From: a virus | Strand: one strand, 5' to 3' | Virus record (IMG/VR): IMGVR_UViG_3300037524_000649 | Length of the DNA: 64,000 bases | Shown here: in pieces, positions 48,080 to 55,097 of the stretch | How positions within the stretch are numbered: the stretch's first letter is position 1 | Layout of the letters: every line of letters starts with the position of its first letter | Notes under the pieces: generated by a model | The model's input: the letters and a program-made list of their open reading frames with translations, nothing else | Told to the model about the DNA's origin: nothing | The model's database searches: none | Position numbers and translations under genes: made by a program

Positions 48080-48107
48080 CGACCGGGCCGGTTGGGGCTC
48101 CGGCTTT

Positions 48108-48131
48108 GGCCCGCTTAGGCGGGCCTTTTTT
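48108..48131 (+). terminator. Rho-independent terminator ending the late arm
   Basis: GGCCCGC-TTAG-GCGGGCC-TTTTTT. Confidence 0.85.
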
Positions 48132-48226
48132 CTGTTCCGCGCACTCCGCTAAGATCTTGTTCGGAAAAGGCCGAAATGTATGCTCGTTGCGGAACAAATA
48201 CTAACGAAGTCGTTGGTTATTAAGGC

Positions 48227-48379
48227 TTACCCCGAGGACTGCAAATCCGTGCACCTCGGTTCGATTCCGGGCTCAGAGCCTAGCGGGATTTCCTTTCGCG
48301 GGCGTCCGCCCGCGTCGTAGTAGTAGAAGACCTTCTTACCGCGCGGCCGAGCACGGAGCCGAGGTGGGAGTGACGACAT
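48227..48379 (-). pseudogene. int: truncated tyrosine integrase (arm-binding N-terminus only) reading into the att fragment
   Basis: MSSLPPRLRARPRGKKVFYYYDAGGRPRKEIPLGS then EPGIEPRCTDLQSSG*, the latter being the reverse complement of tRNA sequence. Confidence 0.8.
48236..48271 (+). other. tRNA-Cys(GCA) fragment (anticodon arm to T-arm), attP-like remnant
   Basis: GGACTGCAAATCC-GTGCAC-CTCGGTTCGATTCCGGG. No pairing acceptor stem and no D-arm. Confidence 0.8.
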
Positions 48380-48560
48380 CGGGTGACCAGGTGGTCTGGG
48401 GAGCATAGGCTGCTCCCGTTACCTGGTCTTTTGCAACTACTGGATGCCCGCGACCGTTCACGCGATAGGGTATTCTCATCGCTTTGAGCTGATCGATCTG
48501 CCTTTTTGCCTGCTTGTAGCCGGTCAGCTCGGCCAGCTCAAGGCGGGTGAGGAATATCAT
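48336..48560 (-). CDS. excisionase-like protein (DUF4224-type)
   Basis: FLTRLELAELTGYKQAKRQIDQL...IPYRVNGRGHPVV. Overlaps the integrase start. Confidence 0.85.
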   Translation of the reverse strand: MIFLTRLELAELTGYKQAKRQIDQLKAMRIPYRVNGRGHPVVAKDQVTGAAYAPQTTWSPDVVTPTSAPCSAAR

Positions 48561-48700
48561 GCGAAGCGTAGCTCCTGCGGAACGATGATGAACTGCGGGG
48601 GCGGGGGCGGGGCCAGGTACGCGTTGTAAATCCACCCAGCCAGCAGATTCCCGAGCGCAGCACTCAGTACTAGGGACAGCGCGAAGACAACAGCCCTCAC
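48557..48700 (-). CDS. 47-aa N-terminal-TM protein (MRAVVFALSLVLSAALGNLLAGWIY...PPPPP)
   Basis: Hand-translated, with GTGA and ATGA coupling on both sides. Confidence 0.6.
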   Translation of the reverse strand: MRAVVFALSLVLSAALGNLLAGWIYNAYLAPPPPPQFIIVPQELRFA

Positions 48701-49260
48701 GCGAGCCCCCGGAGCAGTTCGAGCGCGTCAGTCAGGTGCTGCGTTACCTGCACGAGCGCTGTACTCGGCTCGGGTTGCTCTGTACCGACCGTCTCGACCG
48801 CGGTAGCCCAGCACTCGCCCCAGGACTCGGGGTGCGGCTTGCCGGGACGCCAGTTGCGGATGTAGTACGCCCAGCCCTCTTCCTGAGTGCGCGGCAGCGG
48901 GCCGTTGTCACTGTAGATGAGCAGACGCGCGAAGCCTGCAGCCAGCAGATCGTTGTGCGGGAACACCTGCCACAGCTCATCCGGGTCGTTCGGCAGGTTC
49001 AGCTCCTCGACGAGCTGGCTGGCCATGAGGCTGGTGCGGGTGTGCCGGAGCACGCCCTTGAAGCCGCCGTTGAACTCGAACTGCCAGTACGAGCGCGCCG
49101 GTCCGCGGATCTGGGCCCGGTGCGTTGCGCGCGATTCCTGCAGAGCGATTGCCAGGCTCAGCGTCTCTGCCGGCGCACCGCCAAGCTCCCGATCGGACAG
49201 GAGGCTCAGTACTCGGTGCGCCGGCCTGATCGCCGCGTTCAGCAGGAGTTCTGGTGACAT
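48697..49260 (-). CDS. lysozyme-like endolysin
   Basis: IALQESR..HRAQ.RGPARSYWQFE, D.LAA.FARLL and WRPGKPH motifs. Confidence 0.75.
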   Translation of the reverse strand: MSPELLLNAAIRPAHRVLSLLSDRELGGAPAETLSLAIALQESRATHRAQIRGPARSYWQFEFNGGFKGVLRHTRTSLMASQLVEELNLPNDPDELWQVFPHNDLLAAGFARLLIYSDNGPLPRTQEEGWAYYIRNWRPGKPHPESWGECWATAVETVGTEQPEPSTALVQVTQHLTDALELLRGLA

Positions 49261-49406
49261 TTCGCAGCTTCCTCGGTGAAGAACTTGCGGTCAGCGTGTT
49301 CCTGCTGCTTGCCCACGTTCCACGAGGACACCGGGCGGTGGTATCCCATGACCCTGGACCAAACTTCGCAGCGCGTCCTCTCTTCGTCTTTCAGCTGAGT
49401 CGTCAC
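49239..49406 (-). CDS. 55-aa stand-alone NrdD C-terminal (glycyl radical loop) mini-protein
   Basis: Hand-translated MTTQLKDEERTRCEVWSRVMGYHRPVSSWNVGKQQEHADR. Coupled GTG start and GGAG/GAAGG RBS. Confidence 0.8.
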   Translation of the reverse strand: MTTQLKDEERTRCEVWSRVMGYHRPVSSWNVGKQQEHADRKFFTEEAAKCHQNSC

Positions 49407-49849
49407 GTACCTTCTCCTTCTGTGTAGAACTCCACGATGACGCCGGCTTCGCCGAAGATCCGCCCCGCGACTTCGAAGCTGGTTGCCCAGCGTCCTTCAT
49501 CCTCGGGGAGCGGGGCGTAGACCTTGCGAATTCCGGCCTGGACAATCGCTTTTGCGCACTCGTTGCACGGGTGGAGTGCCGTAACCAGCAGAGAGCACCC
49601 CTCAGTGCTTACCCCGGAGCGCGCGGCGTTGCAGATCGCGTTCACCTCGGCGTGCACGACGAACTTGTACTTGGTCGGCTTGTCGTGCCACCGTGCGGGG
49701 TCGTCGGACACGTCCCGCGGAAATCCGTTCCATCCCGTCGCACGAATCTCGTTCGCCGGGCCGATGATCAGGGCGCCGACCTTGGTGCTTGGGTCTTTGG
49801 ACAGGGCAGCGACTGCTTCGGCGATCCCTACGAGGGACAGCGGGTTCAT
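49403..49849 (-). CDS. dCMP deaminase
   Basis: SKDPSTKVGA, GWNGFPR, HAEVNAI and HPCNECAKAI. Confidence 0.92.
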   Translation of the reverse strand: MNPLSLVGIAEAVAALSKDPSTKVGALIIGPANEIRATGWNGFPRDVSDDPARWHDKPTKYKFVVHAEVNAICNAARSGVSTEGCSLLVTALHPCNECAKAIVQAGIRKVYAPLPEDEGRWATSFEVAGRIFGEAGVIVEFYTEGEGT

Positions 49850-50100
49850 TTGAAGTTCCAGTCGTACAGGTGGTGTTCGCCGGTTTGGGTGGCGACAGTT
49901 CCGATCCAGGACATGGTCGGGACGAGGCGAGGCGACGGCTCGCCTTCGGGGACCAGGGGCATATCCGGGTGCCCGGAGAGCCACAGGGTGACCATCCCCC
50001 CCACCGGGTCCATCTGGATGCCCCGCACGGTCACCTCGGGCGGCAATTGCAGCAACTCGACCAGCTGTGCGTTGGACAACTCGACGTAACCACCTTTCAT
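49846..50100 (-). CDS. hypothetical protein
   Basis: ATGA coupling. Confidence 0.6.
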   Translation of the reverse strand: MKGGYVELSNAQLVELLQLPPEVTVRGIQMDPVGGMVTLWLSGHPDMPLVPEGEPSPRLVPTMSWIGTVATQTGEHHLYDWNFK

Positions 50101-50297
50101 GATGTGGGCCTCGTTATGACGTTGGTGCTGCTCTGGTTGCCGGGCGAAGAGGCGCAGCGCGAAGTACTTCGTGCTAAGCACGAAGTGACGGCGACAGCGC
50201 TCGGTGCATGCCCGCGGAATGACGCAGCGGCCGGTACTTCGCGCTCGGCATCGGTCGAGTGCTCCACGGGGACCGTATCGGTCTGCTGAGTGGTCAT
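50097..50297 (-). CDS. hypothetical protein
   Basis: ATGA coupling at both ends. Confidence 0.45.
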   Translation of the reverse strand: MTTQQTDTVPVEHSTDAEREVPAAASFRGHAPSAVAVTSCLARSTSRCASSPGNQSSTNVITRPTS

Positions 50298-50542
50298 CCG
50301 ATCAGCTCCACTTGCCGCGTTCTGAGCCGGACGGTTAGCACCAGCTGCTCGTTGGGGTCGAAACCGAGCGCCCAGTTCAGCGGCACGTCGTTGTGGGGGA
50401 TGAACGGGACGTGGTGCATCACGTCCGCTTGTAGCTCGGGGGCGCCAGCGAGGATTTGCCTGACGATGCGTTTCGCCTTATCCACCTGGCGCGGATTGCA
50501 GCGGAACTCTGCTAGCTGCGGGCCGAGGCTGTCTTCGTCCAT
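50294..50542 (-). CDS. hypothetical protein
   Basis: ORF track. Confidence 0.6.
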   Translation of the reverse strand: MDEDSLGPQLAEFRCNPRQVDKAKRIVRQILAGAPELQADVMHHVPFIPHNDVPLNWALGFDPNEQLVLTVRLRTRQVELIG

Positions 50543-50544
50543 GG

Positions 50545-50937
50545 CTACTTCTGCACGGTGGCGTTGTTGAGCATCAGTTCGAGTCGCGCAAGTGCGTTCC
50601 ACGCACTATGTGCGGCGTGGAGAAGACCAGAGTCTTCGTCCAGGACATCACCCGCGCCTTCGGCGAGTAGATGCCGCAGCATGGCGTCGGTGTACCGGTC
50701 GATGCCTGCTGGAACTTGCTTCCAGCCGTTGTCGCTGTATTTCGCTGCGCCAAAGGTGCCGACCTCCGTGACGGCTTTAAGTGCGCGGGCGAAGCCGAGC
50801 AGCACCAAGCCGGCGCGGGGTTTGCCCTTGTCGAGCTTGGCGCCTGCGTCGTGCGCCGCGCGGCCGGTGGGGTCGATTTCGCCAAACATGGCCGTGAGGT
50901 ATTCCTGCGTTGGGGTGTTCAGGCTGCTGGGGCTCAT
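50545..50937 (-). CDS. dATP/dGTP diphosphohydrolase-like protein (DUF5664-type)
   Basis: GAKLDKGKPR, FGAAKYSDNGW, YTDAMLRHL and DEDSGLLHAAHSAWN. Confidence 0.85.
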   Translation of the reverse strand: MSPSSLNTPTQEYLTAMFGEIDPTGRAAHDAGAKLDKGKPRAGLVLLGFARALKAVTEVGTFGAAKYSDNGWKQVPAGIDRYTDAMLRHLLAEGAGDVLDEDSGLLHAAHSAWNALARLELMLNNATVQK

Positions 50938-51251
50938 GTGTTATCCGTGTCGGTGAAAAAAGCGGGCTGCGGGATCGTGACCATTGGGCCGTTGGCGGTT
51001 ATGACGCGCCCCTGGCGTCCGCCTTCGCCCCAGCCACGCATCCATTTGATTCCGTGGCTACGCAGGTGTGCCGCGAGCAGCGTCAGCAGCTCTTCGGTAA
51101 GTACCAAGCGCTGAGTGGGCGTGATCCAGGCGGTTTCGTCCGAGTCGAAGAGGATTTCCACGTTGCCCAAAATGTGGGCACGCCCTGACGGCAGCCGCGT
51201 CGCCACGGCCAGCTCTTGGCGGAGGGGGAGAAGCTCCAGGGATTCAGCCAT
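50934..51251 (-). CDS. hypothetical protein (possible GNAT-like remnant, MRGWGEGGRQGR)
   Basis: ORF track. The ATG coincides with the predicted +1 of the upstream promoter. Confidence 0.65.
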   Translation of the reverse strand: MAESLELLPLRQELAVATRLPSGRAHILGNVEILFDSDETAWITPTQRLVLTEELLTLLAAHLRSHGIKWMRGWGEGGRQGRVITANGPMVTIPQPAFFTDTDNT

Positions 51252-51257
51252 TGGAGC

Positions 51258-51284
51258 ATGGTGCCGATGACGTGTTGGGGCTGC
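51258..51284 (-). promoter_or_regulatory. GCAGCCCC-box promoter (box-N13-CACCAT); predicted +1 is the ATG at 51251 (leaderless)
   Basis: Intergenic, canonical spacing onto the ATG. Confidence 0.65.
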
Positions 51285-51307
51285 ATCACCCGCACCCCAT
51301 TCCGCAC

Positions 51308-51577
51308 TTAGTTTTGTCGCACGGTGAATTCTGGCCGGAGGCTGTCTTGGATGGAGTGAAGTAGGTTGTGAATCGAGTCGGTGTGGTGGGTTGATTTGCG
51401 GCGGATGGCGAAGCGCTGACGGGTCTTGGCGATGTACCAGCCCGTCAGCGCGTCTTCTAGGGTCTTGTGGTAGCTGAGATAGATTACTAATCCCTGTTTG
51501 TATACTCGTACCCGCCAGCGCTGCCGCGCCGCTTCGAAAAAGATGCCTTTCGGGAGGATCTTCGGCGACTCATCCAT
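51308..51577 (-). CDS. stand-alone AP2-like DNA-binding protein
   Basis: LPKGIFF...RWRVRVYKQG..IYLSYHKTLEDA matches the AP2 three-strand-plus-helix pattern. Confidence 0.7.
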   Translation of the reverse strand: MDESPKILPKGIFFEAARQRWRVRVYKQGLVIYLSYHKTLEDALTGWYIAKTRQRFAIRRKSTHHTDSIHNLLHSIQDSLRPEFTVRQN

Positions 51578-51589
51578 TCCGGTTCCTCC

Positions 51590-52141
51590 TTAGAGCCTGG
51601 TGCAGGACCGAGCAACAGAGCGAGAAGAACGATGGTGATGACTATCAGCAACAAGACATCCATTTTGTATGGCCTCAAGTGTCATGGTTTTGTGCTGTTG
51701 CCAGAGCGGGCTGGGGAGATTCAGCGCGACCATTGCCAAGTCGAGCATGGTTAGGCGGGCACCAGCGAGGAAGGGGCCGACACGGACGAGGTCGGCCGTT
51801 AGTGCGTGGAGGACTGGGGGCTTTGTTTCGACTTGGTTGTCGAAGAGCGTGGAGATGATTTGCTCGGTTGCCATGCGCACCATGGCGCGGCGTTCGGGTG
51901 TGTCGAGACAGAGCGGTGGTTCGGGGTACTGGTCTTCGAGGTATGCGAGGATGTGGTGTATGCCGTAGATCGACAGGCCGCGGTCGACGATCGCGGGTTT
52001 CTTGGGTGTGCGGAATGCGGCGAAGGCGCCTGTGACTTTGCGGCCTTTGGCTTGGCAGACGAGTTCGAGGAAGTTGAACGTGGCTTCGTCACTGGTTGCA
52101 ATGACGATGGGGCCGAGGACATCGTTTGCTGCGTGATCCAT
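51590..52141 (-). CDS. degenerate GST-fold protein, SspA-like
   Basis: PAIVDRGLSIY...ILAYLEDQYPEPPL...PERRAMVR and PFLAGARLTMLD resemble GST N- and C-domains. Confidence 0.7.
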   Translation of the reverse strand: MDHAANDVLGPIVIATSDEATFNFLELVCQAKGRKVTGAFAAFRTPKKPAIVDRGLSIYGIHHILAYLEDQYPEPPLCLDTPERRAMVRMATEQIISTLFDNQVETKPPVLHALTADLVRVGPFLAGARLTMLDLAMVALNLPSPLWQQHKTMTLEAIQNGCLVADSHHHRSSRSVARSCTRL

Positions 52142-52485
52142 GAAACAAGCTCCGGCTTGGATAGTAGAACGGGTTGGTTTGTCTTCTCGTTCCAGCTTCC
52201 ATGCGTGAGGACGCAGGACCCCATGGGCGATGCCACGACCACTGCCACGGCACGACCTTCGGCGTAGCGCTCGTTTAGCCAGTTGCGCTGCTTGGTCGAC
52301 AGCCTGGGCTTTACAGCCTTTGGCATTTTGGGGACCCACTTGTATTCGACCCAGAGATCCGCAGCCGGGCCGGAGTACCAGGCGTCGGGGACGCCTATGG
52401 CGAAGCGGGCTGAGATCTTCCAAACGTAAACTCCGACCTTACGAAGGGCAGAGTTTACTGAGCTTGTGAAGGTGGCCTCGCGCAC
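51799..52485 (-). CDS. VRR-NUC (PD-(D/E)XK) nuclease / Holliday junction resolvase-like, with long low-complexity tail
   Basis: GVPD, LWVEYK and LSTKQRNWL. The homologous part ends near aa 120 and the rest overlaps the GST-like gene. Confidence 0.8.
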   Translation of the reverse strand: MREATFTSSVNSALRKVGVYVWKISARFAIGVPDAWYSGPAADLWVEYKWVPKMPKAVKPRLSTKQRNWLNERYAEGRAVAVVVASPMGSCVLTHGSWNEKTNQPVLLSKPELVSWITQQTMSSAPSSLQPVTKPRSTSSNSSAKPKAAKSQAPSPHSAHPRNPRSSTAACRSTAYTTSSHTSKTSTPNHRSVSTHPNAAPWCAWQPSKSSPRSSTTKSKQSPQSSTH

Positions 52486-52560
52486 CGGCTGATCTTGCGC
52501 GCGGAACAGGGTTTTGTCAAGGATCTGCGGCTTTTTGGGGGTTTTCGTTCTGCTTTGCGC

Positions 52561-52586
52561 CGGAGTGCGGAATACTCCGCACTCCG
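52561..52586. other. 11-bp perfect hairpin downstream of the SSB-like gene
   Basis: CGGAGTGCGGA-ATAC-TCCGCACTCCG. Confidence 0.6.
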
Positions 52587-52596
52587 GGTGGGGTTG

Positions 52597-53262
52597 CTAG
52601 TTCGCGGTGGGTTCGCGGTCGAGGGCCATCTGGGCTCGCTCGCGGAGCTTCCACACTTCTTCGAGCCGATCGTGAGCGTGGAGGGCCTTGAATACGAGCG
52701 TCGGGAAGGTCTCGTTGGGGTTGAAGGCGATCTCCGTGACGATCTGTGCCGGGATCAGGTTGTTGGCGTGGAGGTCTGCGACGAGTGTGGAGAAGGACTT
52801 GATTCCCGTCGGGCTCACCGTGATCAGCATCGGGTGCGTGTCCGCGGTGAAGTTGGCCGGGACGATCGCGAGGCGGATCGAGTTTTTGCACGCCTTGCCT
52901 TTCCCGCCACCCGGGGCGCTGTGCCATGCGTCGAACGGACATTCAGCGCAGGTTTCGGCGTTGGGGTGCCTGGCGTTGGGACTCGGTGCGAGGTCTTCGA
53001 GCTGCTTGGCGATGGCAAAGCACTCGGGGCTTTCCAGCTGGTTGGGGTTGTACTGCCCCTTGTAGTACGTGCGGATGTTTCTTGTGTCGAGGATGATCGC
53101 CTGCATCGGACCTGGTGAAGATTGTCCGTTCGGAAGGGTGAAGACTTTGCCCTTCAGACTGATCGACATGCCGGCGGGGGCCGGGACAGTGCCCGCTAGT
53201 GCGGCGAGTTCTGCCTGGATCTGGGCTTTGAGATCGACGAGTGCAGTGGAAGCGGTTTGCAT
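52597..53262 (-). CDS. putative ssDNA-binding/annealing protein with Zn-binding motif
   Basis: C...CAECP..W.SA..GKGKACKN..RLA pattern, located in the replication module. Confidence 0.6.
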   Translation of the reverse strand: MQTASTALVDLKAQIQAELAALAGTVPAPAGMSISLKGKVFTLPNGQSSPGPMQAIILDTRNIRTYYKGQYNPNQLESPECFAIAKQLEDLAPSPNARHPNAETCAECPFDAWHSAPGGGKGKACKNSIRLAIVPANFTADTHPMLITVSPTGIKSFSTLVADLHANNLIPAQIVTEIAFNPNETFPTLVFKALHAHDRLEEVWKLRERAQMALDREPTAN

Positions 53263-53274
53263 AGTAGTAGTCCT

Positions 53275-53652
53275 TTAGATTTTGCGGAGGGAGATGGAGC
53301 GCTTAACGAAGCTGGTGATTCCGGGCACTTCCTCGCCCATGGCTTTCAGCTCCTTGATGGCGTTGCTGGCGGGGCGTCTCTGCACGAGGTGCCACGCCTG
53401 GTTATCGGCGAGGTAGCGGAAGAAGTTTTCCGCATCGCCAATCTGGAAGACCTCCTGTTCGGAGATCGAAGCGGAGCCGCGCTGGCCACGCGCCATGGAG
53501 GAGCCCACTTCGTCGAGCTTCAGCTGAATCAGACGATCGAAGGCTTCGAGCTGTTCGCTGACGGTCTTCAGCTGGGCTTCGAGCATGCGCTTGTCTTCGC
53601 GGAGGTCGTACATGGCGTCGATGAGGTCACCGAGCTTAGTGGTTTCTTGCAT
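53275..53652 (-). CDS. conserved phage coiled-coil protein
   Basis: ORF track, GAGG RBS. Confidence 0.7.
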   Translation of the reverse strand: MQETTKLGDLIDAMYDLREDKRMLEAQLKTVSEQLEAFDRLIQLKLDEVGSSMARGQRGSASISEQEVFQIGDAENFFRYLADNQAWHLVQRRPASNAIKELKAMGEEVPGITSFVKRSISLRKI

Positions 53653-55097
53653 TTGGGTTCCTCGAGAGTTGTCTTGAGAATTGCGAGCATTTCGTTCAGG
53701 CCGGAGATCTTGCCGGTGAGGACGTCGTAGACGCGCTCGTCCACGGTGTCTTCTGCGGCAATCATCAGGGTCTCGGTCTTACGCGTCTGACCGGCGCGGT
53801 AGATGCGTCGGTTGAACTGCAGGAATCGTTCGGCGTCGTAGGTTGGCGAGACCCAGATAGTCGTGGTGCCCTTGGTTAGCGTGAGTCCGTGCGAAGCACT
53901 CTGCGGCTGGGCAAACAGGACTCGTATCTTGCCCCGTTGAAATTGTTCGACTATTTCTGGCAGTTCCTTTGCTTTTGTCTGGCCGTCGATCACGGCGTAG
54001 CTCAGCTTCGCTTTCTTTGCGAGGTCGACGAGGATGTCTCGCTGGTGCTTCCAGTTGAAGGCAACGACGCACTGCTCGCGTTCGTCGATCAGCTGCATGA
54101 CTAGCTCGTATCGTTCCGAGTCGACCAGCACGGCGTTTTTGTTGGAGTCGTACACAGAGCCGGCGGCTACCTGCAGCAGCTTGGTGGTGAGGGCTGCGGC
54201 GTGGACAGCGTCGATGACACCGGTTGTGTCTGGCAGGGTTAGGAACGACTCTTCTAATAGCGTGTCGTAGATGTCTCGGTGCACGCTATCCAGCGTGAAG
54301 CAGATGGTGCGCTGCGTGTGTTCTGGGATGTCTACGCACTCTTCGAACTTGTGCCGCACCGTTATCCAGCGCAGTGCATCGGCAACGGCTTCGCGTGCGC
54401 CTGGCTTCTCTACCCAGTTGACCATCCCTGCGCCTGGACCGACCTGAACTGGGTCGCAGGTAGCCATGCGGAACTTGTAGAACTGCGTTCCTAAGCTGAT
54501 GCCGTCGTCGAGCAGGAGCGCTTGGTGCCAGATGTCCAGCAGGTGATTCGCGATGGGGGTTCCGGTCAAGCCACCGCGGCGGGGGAACAGGCGAACGATG
54601 TTGGCGAGGGCCTTCGATCGCTGCGATGTGTGGTGCTTATACGCAGTGATCTCATCGATGATGATGAAGTCGAATTCCTTCAGGTAGCGCTGATTCTCTG
54701 CGAGCCATTTGGCGGCGTCGTGATTCGTGAGCACGATGTCGGTTGGCGCGAGGAACGCACGTTCGCGCTTCGGAGCTGTGGCGATCGAGTAGGAGAGCGA
54801 GGGGGCGAAGGTCTTGATGTCCTTGCCCCAGCTCGGTTCCAGGATGGCTTTCGGCGCGAGCACCAACACGCGCTTGCCGCCTTCTTTGCGGTGTTTGATG
54901 ATCGCGTCGAGCGCGGCCCGCGTCTTGCCCGTGCCAGGATCGGAGGTGTCGAAGACGCGTGTGTGGCTGTTGTAGAACGCTGTTGTGTAGGTCTGGTGTT
55001 CGAACGGCGGAGGGACCGGTTTGAAGAAACTAGGCTGCGGCGAAGCCACAAGCTCCAGTTCCTTTTGAATTTCCATAGTCGCAGTATTGGCACGCAT
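53568..55097 (-). CDS. SF2 (SNF2-like) helicase
   Basis: DPGTGKT, IIIDE, LTGTP, SHGLTL and QFNRRIYRAGQ. Confidence 0.92.
   Translation of the reverse strand: MRANTATMEIQKELELVASPQPSFFKPVPPPFEHQTYTTAFYNSHTRVFDTSDPGTGKTRAALDAIIKHRKEGGKRVLVLAPKAILEPSWGKDIKTFAPSLSYSIATAPKRERAFLAPTDIVLTNHDAAKWLAENQRYLKEFDFIIIDEITAYKHHTSQRSKALANIVRLFPRRGGLTGTPIANHLLDIWHQALLLDDGISLGTQFYKFRMATCDPVQVGPGAGMVNWVEKPGAREAVADALRWITVRHKFEECVDIPEHTQRTICFTLDSVHRDIYDTLLEESFLTLPDTTGVIDAVHAAALTTKLLQVAAGSVYDSNKNAVLVDSERYELVMQLIDEREQCVVAFNWKHQRDILVDLAKKAKLSYAVIDGQTKAKELPEIVEQFQRGKIRVLFAQPQSASHGLTLTKGTTTIWVSPTYDAERFLQFNRRIYRAGQTRKTETLMIAAEDTVDERVYDVLTGKISGLNEMLAILKTTLEEPKCKKPLSSVTSSTPCTTSAKTSACSKPS

Noticed and set aside
48200-48290. 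Full tRNA-Cys gene
   Set aside because: Only the anticodon and T arms are present. There is no D-arm, no pairing acceptor stem and no CCA, so it is treated as an att fragment.
51799-52140. Functional C-terminal extension of the VRR-NUC protein
   Set aside because: S/T/P-rich read-through of the GST-like gene in another frame. Third-position bias favours the GST frame.
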